From Podarcis filfolensis (Eukaryota), in assembly GCA_964270895.1 (NCBI GenBank), contig OZ185436.1: a stretch of 64,000 bases of DNA. One strand, 5' to 3'. Shown piece after piece: positions 50,893-63,110 of the stretch. The notes below the pieces were generated by a model that made no database searches, was not told the origin of the DNA, and saw nothing but the letters and a program-made list of their open reading frames with translations. Position numbers and translations under genes: made by a program. Every line of letters starts with the position of its first letter. Positions within the stretch are counted from its first letter, which is position 1.

Positions 50893-53800
50893 CTAAGAAA
50901 GAATGATGCCTTCCCTGCACTACTCAGGATATCACTACAGAAATTCTGAATCTGATTATTTTTCTAAATGTGTGCTTTGCTGTCTCAAACGCATGTCCAT
51001 GAAATGAGGTTTTACCATGTTATTCTACAAAACTATTTTCTCAACATGTCAAGCGAGTTGAGCAAAATCACCCCCATTTATTACACAAGGATGTGGCAAA
51101 CTCCAGGTCAAAACCCTGCTCAGCCATGGAAGCCCTTTGTTAAGTCAGCTCAACCTATCACAAAGGGCTATTGTAGCATAAAATAGATAATGATACAATT
51201 GCATGCCCACTGTGCCCATGAAATAAAGCAAATAAGAAATCAATTCAGTAGTGACATTTCCTACATACTCTGTGGGGAGGTTTTCTAAATACTAAAAAGA
51301 TATATCTCAACTTCTGTTATCCCAAAACTTGTTATCCCAACAATTTAACCCAATTAATTCTAAAAGCCAGCTAAGAAGAAAAATGTAAAGAATAACAAGA
51401 TACTGAACTATAAATTATAAGAATCTATGTTTCTGTAAAATTCTGTCTACAAACATGAACATTTATCAGGCACATCCCTAAAACAAATAGATTTTATTTC
51501 TGTAACATGAACAGATATTATTCTATTTCAGTATAGTCATTTTTAACTTCATTTTTTAAAATAATTACAGTATATTTATTGTTTCTAAGATGAAGAGAAC
51601 TAGTCTATGGACTCTCCAGGCCTCACTGAAAAAGCAGAAAAGCTGCCCATTCCTTACATTCTACTGACCTCTAGAGACTGTGTGATTATATAAATATATA
51701 TAGATATAGATATGCACACATTTGTGTATAATCATAAACGCTAGATCAAAAGGATCCAAGCATACATTTACACACTATAAATGTGAAGTAATACACACAC
51801 ATTTCATTGTTTCCTAAATACACTTAGGCAAGGCAACACTTATTTCTTTTCTATATTGGCAGCAATGTGAGACTATTATGGGAAGCATGTGAGTTCAGCA
51901 TATCTTACATTTTCCAAAGTGGGAGCTAAGCTTTATATTGTTGAATTGTTTAGAAAGTTATTTGACTTTACTCACAATTCAAATTATGTTTCACACTATT
52001 AAGAATTAACGTATTCTTATATTGTATTAAATATCATTACAAAGTATGAAATATTCTCTGAATAAAATGAATGCATGTGTGATATATAACAAGTGGGTGT
52101 CAGTGCTTTTTGGACATGGTAAGATACTAGTTTCTACGCTGATGCTTTGATGGCATCTGCGGAAAGACCCTCCCAGTGTGATATCAGTTATTGACCTAAG
52201 AAAAACGGTAAGATACGTCAAGTAAGAGATTTGATGGCATGCCCATAAGAAAATCTCACCAAAGTGAAGTTTGATACCCATCAATATTTGGGAATGTAGG
52301 TCAGATTATATTTCTACCTTTGTACTAAACAACAGGCTATATTTCTACCTCTGTGTTCCCACATACATATGGTATGTCTTTATATATGACAAATTATATA
52401 GATGGAATGTTTCGACTAAAATGCATTACAGATAATTTCTGTTGATGCAAATGATATGAGTGCAAATTCTGAACACTGGCAAGTCTCATCAATAAATTTT
52501 CACTGCAGTGCTCTGCAATCTTACCAATGCATTGTTCAGCACTGCTAAAAACACCAGTACAACATGAGAAAACAAAAATCATTCATAGGATTTTCCGCGG
52601 TTAAAATAACAGGTGCAGATATTGTATAAGGCTGACATCCATTAGTTCTGGGTTTCATAATACTTCACTTTGCATCAGGTTGTTGCAGCATTTTACATCA
52701 TACTGAGCGCTGTAATGCATGATGTAAATTTTACATGTCCTATAAAAAGCGGTGAGATGCATACAGAAGTTTTAGTGAGAGTAGTATAAATTGAAAATAT
52801 TAATTGAATCTTAAAACCCTTAAACAACACCACATTTGGATGTCCAAACCCTTCGCAAACACACAGACATTCCTCAGATTATCAAGCTTTTCAATAAAAG
52901 CTTTAAAAGCTTATATCAAACTTTTAAGGATAAAAAATCCTTGAAGAGTTGCTTTATAAATCTTTACTTTTAAAAGCCATTGTGTTTTAAAAGCCAGTGT
53001 GTGTGATATGAGCAGCATTCTTCTGAAGGCATTATATGACAATATAAAATATAAGCACCAGACCTGTATAAATGCATACATTAAAAATCATACAGCACAA
53101 TCTATGGGGAACCCCCACTTGTACGAGTGGGTACAGAGCAGTATCAGGACATTATGTACATAGATTCCAATTCATCTATGCCACATACAAAATTTACACT
53201 CAGAACTGTGCATTAACATGAATGACAGAAAGTAACAGCTATATTACAGATATATAATTCTTGATACTTTATTTTTTATATAACAGGTCAAAATATAACT
53301 ATTTCGAGGCCTTGATTTTATTCCCTTTATTTTATGAGAACATTAAGTATGCAAATAAAAAAATAAAAATTCACGATTTCATGTCAATAATTGAAAAATA
53401 ATTCTAACTTTTACCCTAATTTAATTAAATGTTGGGCAGAAGAGAGTAACATTATGATACTGAAGTAACAAAAACGATCTGAAAGTGAAGCACATGAAAG
53501 TACTTTCTATTCCAATACAAGAAATCTGTTTGCCACATTCTTCTATAGTGTTTGAAGTTACAAAATGGGAATCTCTATATATGTTTGTATAACAAACTGA
53601 ACTTCTGCTTCAGCCTAAACACAGACTAAATACAAATGTCCTTACTGTCCATACACAAGTTGAATCATTAACAGCTAAAAAAATAAAACTAGGCTCCTAT
53701 GCATATGAAGATCCAGAGTTATTAGAAAGGTGTCGTGGAGCTAATATAAAAACCTATATGCTAAACAATCTTAATGTTTGTAATAAACATATCTACAATG

Positions 53801-56800
53801 TGCACACATTAAAATAAGACTTACGAAATAATTTCAATATTAATTTTAAATCTAGTATAATAGAATAATAAAGGCCTGAGTATATATGCACAATCAAGAA
53901 GATGGTATGTGTGATTCAACAACTTATTAAGCCAAGTACTTGAACCCAATAAGTTTTTGAAAGCTGTTAACTACACAGAGCCAGGAATCACAAAGTGTGT
54001 CTTAGAAAAGCAACTTATTGTTATATTACAAGGCTCCTGCAACTGTTCTATATTTAAAATAATTCCTCACTATTTTAAACCTGATGGCTTGGTGATCATT
54101 GCCAAAAATAAATATTCCCACAGATAGAGGTCAGTGGTTGCCTGAAATTGCATCAGTAAGTGGCTGTATAGCAAAACTCCCTGGGTTTGCTTTGTCATGT
54201 TATTACTGATTACTTGTACAAGAAGGAGTTGCACCATAGGGCACTACAGTATGCAATACACAAATTTCCTCTCTGTCTACTTGCATTACTCTTTTTTCAC
54301 TACAAAATCCAGCTTTTGTGTTTCTTACTCCACTGACAATATTATAGTGTGATTTTTAATACTCATGGATACGGACCTTTTCCAATCAGCAATTTACGCT
54401 TTCTGATTCTTTTACAGATTACTCTGTTAAGCACCGACCATTCACCAGGAAGACAACTGTCAGTGCATTTCATTTCTATTAATTTAAGGGCTGCAGGTTT
54501 TTAATTTCTTAATATTTTACTTGGCATTGGCAACCAGTGCACATTTTTATAATGAATCTGGGCATTATTCTTTTAAGAGTGCGCCATTTCAGCTCTTCCC
54601 CTTAGAAAATTTGCATGTTAAAGGGCTTTAGTATTCAGTGATGAAATGTTCTGCATAGTAATGTACAGTAAACTGATTTTACAATTTAAAATAGCAGACG
54701 TGCTATGTGCCTAGCAGAACTGTGATAATTCCAGTAAGTGTGGCTGCAGTTTTAATAACACCCTATAGAATGGTATGAAAATGTAATGATCTCACATTAC
54801 TCTTCAATCAGCAGCCTGCATACGCAGTATCAGCAATGTTTAAGATTTTTTCTTGAGCTTTTATATTCCCATTGCACTGCTCTCTCTTCCTTTCTCCCCC
54901 AACAAATAAAATGATGTTTCCTTTGCTCTACAGCAGCATCTACTGGATTATCTGTAAAATGCTTCAATTCATATTAATCACACTGTTAATGTTTAGAAGA
55001 CGCAAGTTAGCATCTGCCAAAAAGGGTGGGGGAGGAGAGAGCTATGAATGAACTGAAATTTGGTTTGGAAACAGAGGCTTTACTATTGCCATTTGGCTTA
55101 AAGTACCAATGTTAGAAGTATTAGTCTTCCACATTTGTCTTTTGAGTGGTATGGAATATACATTACTTATTGCAGGTTAGCTTTTGTTTTATTAACTATC
55201 ATTACAGTATAAAACATTTTTAAAGACTTGGTTCTGCATAACAGAATCTCAGATTCTTTGAATTTCTTCCACAATTGATATTCAAAATCATACCCAATAT
55301 TATTTAGCTGCGTTTCATCTGACACAAGGATACACAGAAGCAAAACTGAACTGGCTTTTATCATATTAGCTTTTAAAAAAATTTAAAACAGGTACTGCTG
55401 CATCGCATACCTTCCAGAGGTTTAAACTGCAATAAGCTACATACAACTTTTTATATTTGGCAATGAATTTGATTTTTCATGTTCTACCAGTTCTATATTG
55501 CACTTCTTCATTTGTTTGTTTTAAATGGCAGGTTTCATACAAAAAGCTACCATGCAATGGGAGTGAACACCTACATTTCTATACACTGATGAGGAACCAT
55601 ACTCCCTGGGGGTTCAATTCTATTAACAGAGGCACTGTGGCTCACTTTTACATGTCTTGCAAAGTAAAATGTATTTTCAAGTATATGAGAACAGAAGGCA
55701 GTCATAGATTTTGTTTACAATACTATTTTTCATTATTCTTGTTTCCATACTATTGTCTACATTCAAATTATCTTTATGTCATGGAAAAGCACTACTGTAA
55801 GTTTTTGTATATTCTATTGCAATAATAAGATGATACCAATCTTAACAATACCTCGACTGAATTTAAATGTTCCTCCTTTTAGTTAAGGAGTTAAATATAT
55901 CTAGACCTTAGGGGAAAGGAGGGGCAGAAAAAGAATGCATCAACTGCAGATAGAATAATATAGTAGTCTATCAAGTTGGGAGTAGTCTTACACTAAAAAC
56001 TATTTTACACACAAACAAACACACTGTAAAATACAGATAATGACTTTAAGCAAGGACTTCCAAACTGCTAAACACCCTGGCGGCTGTGAACTTTAAAAAG
56101 CAATTAAACAGCATGCGACTGTTAAATTTAATTGTGATATTACTTTCAGCCCTTCTATCCTACCTATGTTCTTCCCTTTAAAAAAAAATTAAGGGCCTAA
56201 CTATGAAAACCAGGGCTGTTGTATGGTACATAATTGCATTTCCCATTCACCAATCCAAAGTTCAGACCTTCTGACTGATAATTAGCCTCTTTCTGTGTAG
56301 CTGTTATACAGGAAGTCCTTTATTATAATCCAGGTGCACTTGTAGGCAGCACTTTCAGAGTTAACTCCATTTGACAGCTGACATTAAACTACTATTCTAA
56401 TGCGGTGATTGCTTACTAAATCTGGATACTATTTAGGTAGTTTGGTAACCCGTTTCACAGAAGATGCTTCTTGGTGTCTGTTTATTACATGCTTTGTGTC
56501 TATAGCATGCAATGGACTGCATAACACTTTGGAAGGGCTCTCCTCATTTAACAGCGATGCTGGACAAACATAGCATTGCCACCATCTAGCCTCAACTGAC
56601 CAAGCACGGTTAGACCAAATCCCTACCGGAAAGCACTAAAGATTAATTGTGCTACAAACGGCAGAATGCCTTCTACCTGCAAGGTTGCAAGCTGAGGAAC
56701 TGGAATTGCACCTTGAGATTTCCTGAAGCACTGAATTTAACCTTCTGCCAAAGTCCTGCCTTTCACTAGAGCAGCATTTGTGTTCTGTCCACACTGAATA

Positions 56801-57050
56801 TAAAAAAAGCAAAGAAAAGCATTCCTTGCAAATGCAGCTGCCACACAAGCCCATTTGCAATTGAATTCGTATCACGCTCCAATTCATCAACATTACTACA
56901 GGTACTTAACATCACAAACAAAAGAAAGCCCGCACAAGATCCTTGCCATCTGCCACTAAAGATGCCTTCCTTGGGTGCAAAATGATTAAAATCTACAGCT
57001 TGGATTAAGCGACTCCACCAAACCCTCCGATGCAGGCAGGCACTTCTTAC

Positions 57051-57096
57051 CTGCCTCGGTGGAAGCCTTCCTTCCCTTGTTAGCAGTATGAAGCAT
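57051..57096 (-). CDS. TENM2: Alternative first coding exon of teneurin-2 (MLHTANKGRKASTEA + first base of Gly), phase 1
   Basis: ATG at 57096-57094 (gagATGC) is followed by 15 codons + 1 nt and a consensus donor CAG|gtaaga (intron starts 57050). The peptide is recalled as near-identical to the mammalian TENM2 alternative N-terminus MLHAANKGRKPSAEAG. Phase 1 fits the junction into the RPIPPTSS exon. Not verified by BLAST. Confidence 0.85.
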
Positions 57097-57560
57097 CTCT
57101 AGCCTTCCCAGTCCTTGGCACCGATCGCAGATTGCACGGCTAAGTCCCTTTTTCCGAGAAAATTCTTATCGAAAGTGATTAGTTTTTGTTGTCCTTTTTA
57201 AGTCCCTCCTGCGGGAAGGAGCAGGGGAGCAATGTGACGCCACCTATTAATCTTTTGCAAGAGTGAAAAGGCAGAAAAGGAGCGCTCGATCAAACTGAGC
57301 TTCACACATGACTAAAACTCGCCCGAGAGGCTGCTAGCTCTGGCTTAAAGCACCACTAGGCGTGAGTGTAAGAACAGAGAAGAGGGGAGAGTCAATGGAA
57401 TGTGACAACGTATGTGCATCAAAGACAAGAAAAAGAGAGAGAACAATGGGGGAGAGAAAGAGAGAGGCAGAGCAGAGCAGAATAAGCTGGAAAGCAAGAC
57501 GGAGGAGTTTTAAGGAGAGCGCTTGCAGAATAAGGCAAAGGCGTCTAGCATCTTCTGTTT
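57097..57560 (-). promoter_or_regulatory. TENM2: Internal TENM2 promoter / 5' UTR
   Basis: Local CpG retention (57010-57365) against a CpG-poor background, a half-CRE TGACGC at 57235-57240, a TATTAA at 57245-57250 and a GA-rich tract at 57375-57520, all immediately upstream of the recognised ATG exon. Confidence 0.7.
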
Positions 57561-58828
57561 ACCTCTCACTGAGCATGACATCCTGCCTCCCTCATATTCA
57601 GCAGCACATTCTTCTGTCTCTTAGGTTTGAAAACGGAGCCAGAGTCACCATGTGTGCTGCTCTCACCTCACTGTCATTTCCCTGTGCCCGGGAAGCATGC
57701 ACAACAACAATTCATCCTGGAATACATTTACATACAATTTTAGTGCACGTATTCATTTGAACTGCCTCGCCACCTCCCTCTAAAAGTGAACTGCTAATTT
57801 CTACCTCAATTTACAATGGAGTTTAACTGGCAGATGGAACTCTACTTATAACTACTGACAAACTGCCACTGGTAAACAAAAGCCTGAACAAATGCTTAAT
57901 GCTACTAATTGAATTTGCACTGTAAAAAGAGGGGGGGGGGGAGAGAGAAAACCATTATCACTGCTGAATCTGTGCTTCAAAAGGAAAGTATGATAGACGT
58001 TCCCCTCTGTTCACACTGTTATTTTTACACTGAAATAAAGTGGTGGTGGTGGGGAGTTGTGATCAAGAACTAACAATATGCCAAATTAGCCAGCCATTAG
58101 ATTGGTTTTAGAAATAAGAGATATGAATGAGAATTTAATCTGAGAACGGTATTTAGAATTTCAGCTTTGAACCATAAACTGCATCCCCAAATATATTGAA
58201 TTTATATTTGATGTTCAGCACATTCCTATACCCATTGCTCACATTGATATGTTTTATTTACCAACATTTAAAAAAAATGTTGAGTTTTCAAAAATTACCA
58301 CATACCAACAACACAAACAATAAAGAAACAAAGATCGACTGCGTCGAGCATGTTATTGCAGGTGGAATGAAATAAACAGAAGGTTCAGTACACTTTGCAG
58401 ACATAATAAGGAAACATTCTGTGAATGGAGATGTTGAAACTAAGAGTCGCATATTGATAAGGAAGCCTTGCCTCATAGAGGCCTGTCTTGTTGGGGGCCC
58501 ATGCAGCACACTATTTTTTATTTACAAAACATATAAATGGTACCCACCCAACTCCAAAATGGTTTCATTTCACAATCCTTCTTAGAACTCTCCTACCTTG
58601 GGTGAAATGCTCAGAGAAGTCAATGTCCCACACCTTCTCAAACCATCCATCCCTAGAGGGACCCAATGCAGACTGCCAAAGTTTGGCTATTTCAAGTCTG
58701 ATTGCAGCCAACAGCAGAGCAAGCAGCTCCTTGTGGACAAGAGTGAGATTTATTTACTAAAATTAAGATCACATATAGGTCTAATCTACACTAGTCAGTC
58801 ATAACATTAAAAACGTGTTATAAAAATG

Positions 58829-58846
58829 TGACACCAGAGGGCGGTG
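58829..58846 (+). promoter_or_regulatory. Candidate CTCF motif
   Basis: tgacaccagagggcggtg matches the CTCF core CCACCAG(G/A)GGGCGC at most informative positions and keeps a CpG. Confidence 0.45.
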
Positions 58847-59049
58847 TAGAGCAGAGATCCATCGTCAATGGGAAATTGCATTGAGAGCTATATTACGTGG
58901 GATTTTTTAAAAAGCGTTTTTCAGTGTAGATCTAGGAATAGAAAGCAACATCTGGTAGCCCACATTTTCTATCTGCATACCAAGCTGGAGTTACAGGAAA
59001 GGTTGTTGAAGCAAAAAATAGCACAACTCCCCCCCCGCCCCCCTCACAC

Positions 59050-59460
59050 ACACCAAGGATGTAAAAACAGCCCTGTTGGATCATACCAAAGACCTGTTTT
59101 CAGATGAGGTGACCACAACTTTACACAGTATTCCACGCATGGTTGTACCATAGATTTGTACAAATGACATTATGTTGTCAATTTTATTTTCAATTACCGC
59201 CAGCATAGCATTCACCTGTTTCACAGCTGAAAAGCACATCTACATTGTGCTACCCCAATATCCTGTTCCTGATCAGACGCAGCCACTTTACAGCACATGA
59301 CTGCATATGTGAAAGTAAGGTTTTTTGATCTCAAGTGCATCACTTTACACTATCCTACATTGAATTGCATCTGCCTTTTTACTGCTTTTTACTGTATTTT
59401 AATTACCCTGAGCAATTTGGTATCATCAGCAAATTTGGCTACTTCACTGATCACCCCTAA
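59050..59460 (-). mobile_element. CR1 LINE remnant (RT fragment + 3' end, internally deleted)
   Basis: The minus frame at 59401-59460 reads LGVISEVAKFADDTKLLRVI (CR1 RT motif KFADDTKL). A CR1-like terminus lies at about 59055-59095. Confidence 0.8.
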
Positions 59461-60540
59461 CCAAAGACCCCAAGGATGCAAACTTTAATAAAATATTGTG
59501 GCAGGGGAGGGTGGAGAGTAAGCCCTGCCCTACATAATCAATCACAAGACATGGTGCATACACACAATTTGAATGGCAATGCCCATCAACTTTGCGGTGG
59601 CTCATCCCCCTCTAATATTTTATTGAGAGGTGGGCCAAAGGGACCTCGGCCCCTAGGAATTGGCTCCTATGACAGGTCCTGATACTCTGATTGACTGAGA
59701 GTACTGCCCAGAGTGGCTGGGGCAACCCAGTCAGACAGGTGGGTTCAAGTAGTAAATTACTATTATTTCTACTCTCTGCTTCCTGGTTTTTTAACTAGTT
59801 ACTGGACCACAAGAGAACCTTTGCACTTATTCTATGATTGTGATGCTTACTCAGGAGTCTTTGGTAAGGAACCACACCAAAAGCACGAAGGTTTGCACGA
59901 AGCACACATCCATGGGTGGTTTTCAACTAAATTTTATTCAGAGTAGACCCACTGAAATTAATGAACATGCTCAACTCAGGTCCATTAATGCCAGTAGGTC
60001 TACACTTGTGTAAAACTTAGTTGAATACCACTCCTACTCTCAAAAACAGGAGAGGACTAACTCTCTTGGCTTCCTTTCCTGGTTGTTCCTTGTCACAGTT
60101 GTCTTCTATTTTAGCCACATTACAAACCAAACTTCTTGTGATGGCGAGCAAGAACACCGCCATTTGCTCTTCCAATGCAAGGTATATCTTTTCAATTCCT
60201 GGGCACTCAGTTTAATTTTCTGTCATCAGAAAAGTCTTTTCCTGAAGGTTTATCACTGTAGCACTTGTCTAAATCAATAACGAGTTGTCATTTATCATAA
60301 ATATGTCAATTCCAAAATGGACATTGGGAGCTTTCAAATGAACTATGTTCCCAAACTAATCCTCAAATTCACTTGGCCTAAACAAAAGATAGATGCACAG
60401 ACACAACTCTGTAGGTAACCTGTGCCGAGGAGGTTCTACTGTCTTCTCATATTTAAAACTACATATAACTTTAGATTGTTCCGTCAGTATCGGAAGGCTT
60501 GCTGAAACCTACCAATCTAGCATGACTATTATTTCAACAG

Positions 60541-60906
60541 GGACACAGGTGGCGCTGTGGTCTAAACCACTAAGCCTCTTGGGCTTGCTGATTGGAACGT
60601 TGGCAGTTCGAATCCATGCAACGGGGTGAGTTCCCATTGCTCTATCCCAGCTTCTGCCAACCTAGCAGTTCGAAAGCATACCAGTACAAGTAGATAAATA
60701 GGTACCACTGCGACGGGAAGGTAAATGGTGCTTCCGTGTGCTCTGGCACTAGTCACAGTGTCCCATTGCACCAAAAGTGGTTTAGTCATGCTGGCCACAT
60801 GACTTAGAAAGCGGTCTATGGACAAACGCTGGCTCCCTCAGCCTGAAAAGCAAGATGAGTGCCACACCCCATAGTCACCTTTGACTGGACTGGTCTTTAC
60901 CTTTAC
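60541..60906 (+). mobile_element. Sauria SINE, full length, older subfamily
   Basis: Head gggacacaggtggcgctgtggtctaaaccac, B box gttcgaatcc, tail ctttacctttac; TSD tatttcaacag (60530-40) / tattttaacag (60907-17). Confidence 0.92.
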
Positions 60907-62369
60907 TATTTTAACAGTATAAAAATTTACTTGGACAAGTAAATTATCTCTGTGAGGAAAGAGAATATGAACTGCCCAAAAGAGACTATGTGCTTAGAGT
61001 TACATGCATATATACAAGTTATTTTTCTTCTTAAAATGTGCTTGGAGTTAAATTTTCTCCACCATCATTACTGAGCCATGCAAAAGTCATCCCACAGCAC
61101 ATTAGAATAACTATTACAGAGCAAAATTTAGTAATAATGACATTTTCCATGGAAATGTAAATAATTGGTTTCAAGCCCAAGCCTCATGTAAGTTTCCCTA
61201 GCTCTAGGGAAACAACTAATCAAAGGTTTCTCTCACCATCACCTTAGAAAAGCCAATTATAAGGCAAGTTTAACACTTAAGAGAAAGACCTCCTGCTTCC
61301 TTCTCTTACAAACTAGGCCCTCTCATTTCTTTAGCCTTTCTATAGTCTGAAGCTGTGATACCAAATGCCCAAAATTTAGGAGATTAGGGGTATCAAACAT
61401 GTAATTTTCCAAGAGTGCAGGGAAATGTACTAGTGGTAAGACAGCACAAATTTCTGTTAGTTACTCAACCTCAGTGCTGACCAATGAACCAGATTTGTGG
61501 GCAAAATATACTTTTGCAATGCCCAACAGCATAATATCTGATTATTATTATTCAAGTGGAGTAGTGACTGCATGTGACAGTGTAAGAAGTGGCATTTATT
61601 CACAGCAATAGATAGATATTGAGCCCTGGCTGCATACTTGAAAGCCAAATTTAACTGTCTGACTACGCAAAGTACATGGCCCCAGGTAAATGCCGTGAAG
61701 TACAGATTCAGTGATTTAAACTTAATTCTCCCCCTGCAGATGGGAAATCCCAGAATCCCCAGCTAGTTCTTTAAAACTTAGTGAATCATCCTGTAATAGG
61801 CACTAAGACCACAATAACATAGGTTTCACATTATTTTTTCATTTATCTTTCAGTCAAGGTTCTTAACAGCTTGCACAGTATATTTTTTAACTGGAGAGGA
61901 GATGAGGGCAGAAAAGAAATGCCACTTAATCTGAATACTGACTCATTTGAAGAATGCAGAAATCGTATGCCTGCATCCAAAACAAAGGTGCCAAGGGCTT
62001 GCATTTTATTCAAAAGTGTATGTGGTTGTATCTAATTGTGACACAAGGCTCTTGGATCTAACAGAGGACACATTCTCCCTTTGTTCTGAAGCCCCCTATA
62101 CCACTTCCCATACTGTTCCAAAGCATCTACCAACTCTCTGTAACAGATGTGGGAGGGTGTTGCAGAAGGGAGGGTGAATCAACAAAAATGGCTTTCTGCT
62201 CTGACTGTTTAGAACTGTAAGCCTCCACTGAATCAGAGAGCCTTGGGTTAAACAGAGGAACATAACTGGATACAAAGCTTTTGTAAAAAAGAATAATTTT
62301 AAAAATATTACTTAATTGACTATTTAATCTTCTATACAGGTAATTAAACCAAGAAGGGACAGTGAATGA

Positions 62370-62495
62370 CTTTGAGCCAGCCAGCTTCTCAGTTAACCTA
62401 TCTTACAGAATTGTTGTGCGAATAAAATGGGAGTGGGAAGAACCCTGTATGCCACCTTGAACAACTTGAAGGAAAGGTGGGATATAAATGTAAGA
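62370..62495 (+). mobile_element. Degraded Squam3/CORE-type SINE 3' part
   Basis: ctcagttaacctatcttacagaattgttgtg...gtatgccaccttgaac...ggtgggatataaat. Confidence 0.5.
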
Positions 62496-62740
62496 TGAAA
62501 GGAAGGATGGACAAGCAAGTGGCCAGGTTTCTGCATAATGCTAAGTCACAATACGATAAAACAAAGCGTGTCTAATTTTTCCAAAGTTTGTTTTTGCTTT
62601 CCAGGTGCCCTTGTCTCAAAAGCCTTTGTAGGTTGGTGAGCATCTGGGATGAAATTGCCAAACTGTGGTTAAGAAAGGGTTCTCGATTCCAACCATTAGA
62701 GCAAATCAAGGTTCATAGGTCAAGAACAAACCAAGGCTTC

Positions 62741-63110
62741 TGAAATATACTCAGAGTCGCAAAGTGATTTCATGCTCTTTATTCAGCTCATAGTGGTGAG
62801 GAGGAATGAATGAATGTCCCCTCAAAGTATCTGCTTTATATACATTATTTACACAATGGGCTGCACATGATTGGCTAATTCCGGAATTCTACTGTAAGCC
62901 AATCAGGTTGTGGATTCACTTCTATCTGGAGCATGATTGGGTGGTTCCTGCCAACCAATCATACTGCTGCATTGTTCTAGGACCAATCAGACTGCTGCAT
63001 TCTGAATCCTATTGTTCTAGGACCAATCAGACTGCTGCCTTTTGGATCCTATTGTTCTAGGACCAATCAGACTGCTGCAGTTTGGATCCTATTCAACTCA
63101 GTACATAACA
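62741..63110 (-). mobile_element. Solo LTR (370 bp)
   Basis: Minus strand runs TGTTATGTA...TATTTCA (TG...CA) with a perfect 5-bp TSD gcttc (62736-40, 63111-15), TATA gtatataaag (62834-43) and AATAAA (62778-83). Confidence 0.9.
62971..63090. repeat. 3 x 40-bp tandem repeat in the LTR U3, each unit with a CCAAT box
   Basis: attgttctaggaccaatcagactgctgca/ct... units at 62971, 63011 and 63051. Confidence 0.95.

Larger units (their letters stand above)
1..57050 (-). other. TENM2: Intron downstream of the TENM2 alternative first exon (continues below coordinate 1)
   Basis: The donor is at 57050. The expected next exon (RPIPPTSS...DEEFSPNSYLL) was not found in the window. The sequence is AT-rich and repeat-laden. 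Confidence 0.7.

Noticed and set aside
57362-57760. 132-aa Arg/Glu-rich plus-strand ORF
   Set aside because: Translation of the GA-rich promoter tract; it starts at a GTG that is the putative splice donor.
62971-63090. Tandem 40-bp units as a possible CRISPR-like array
   Set aside because: Head-to-tail repeats with no unique spacers, inside a vertebrate LTR.
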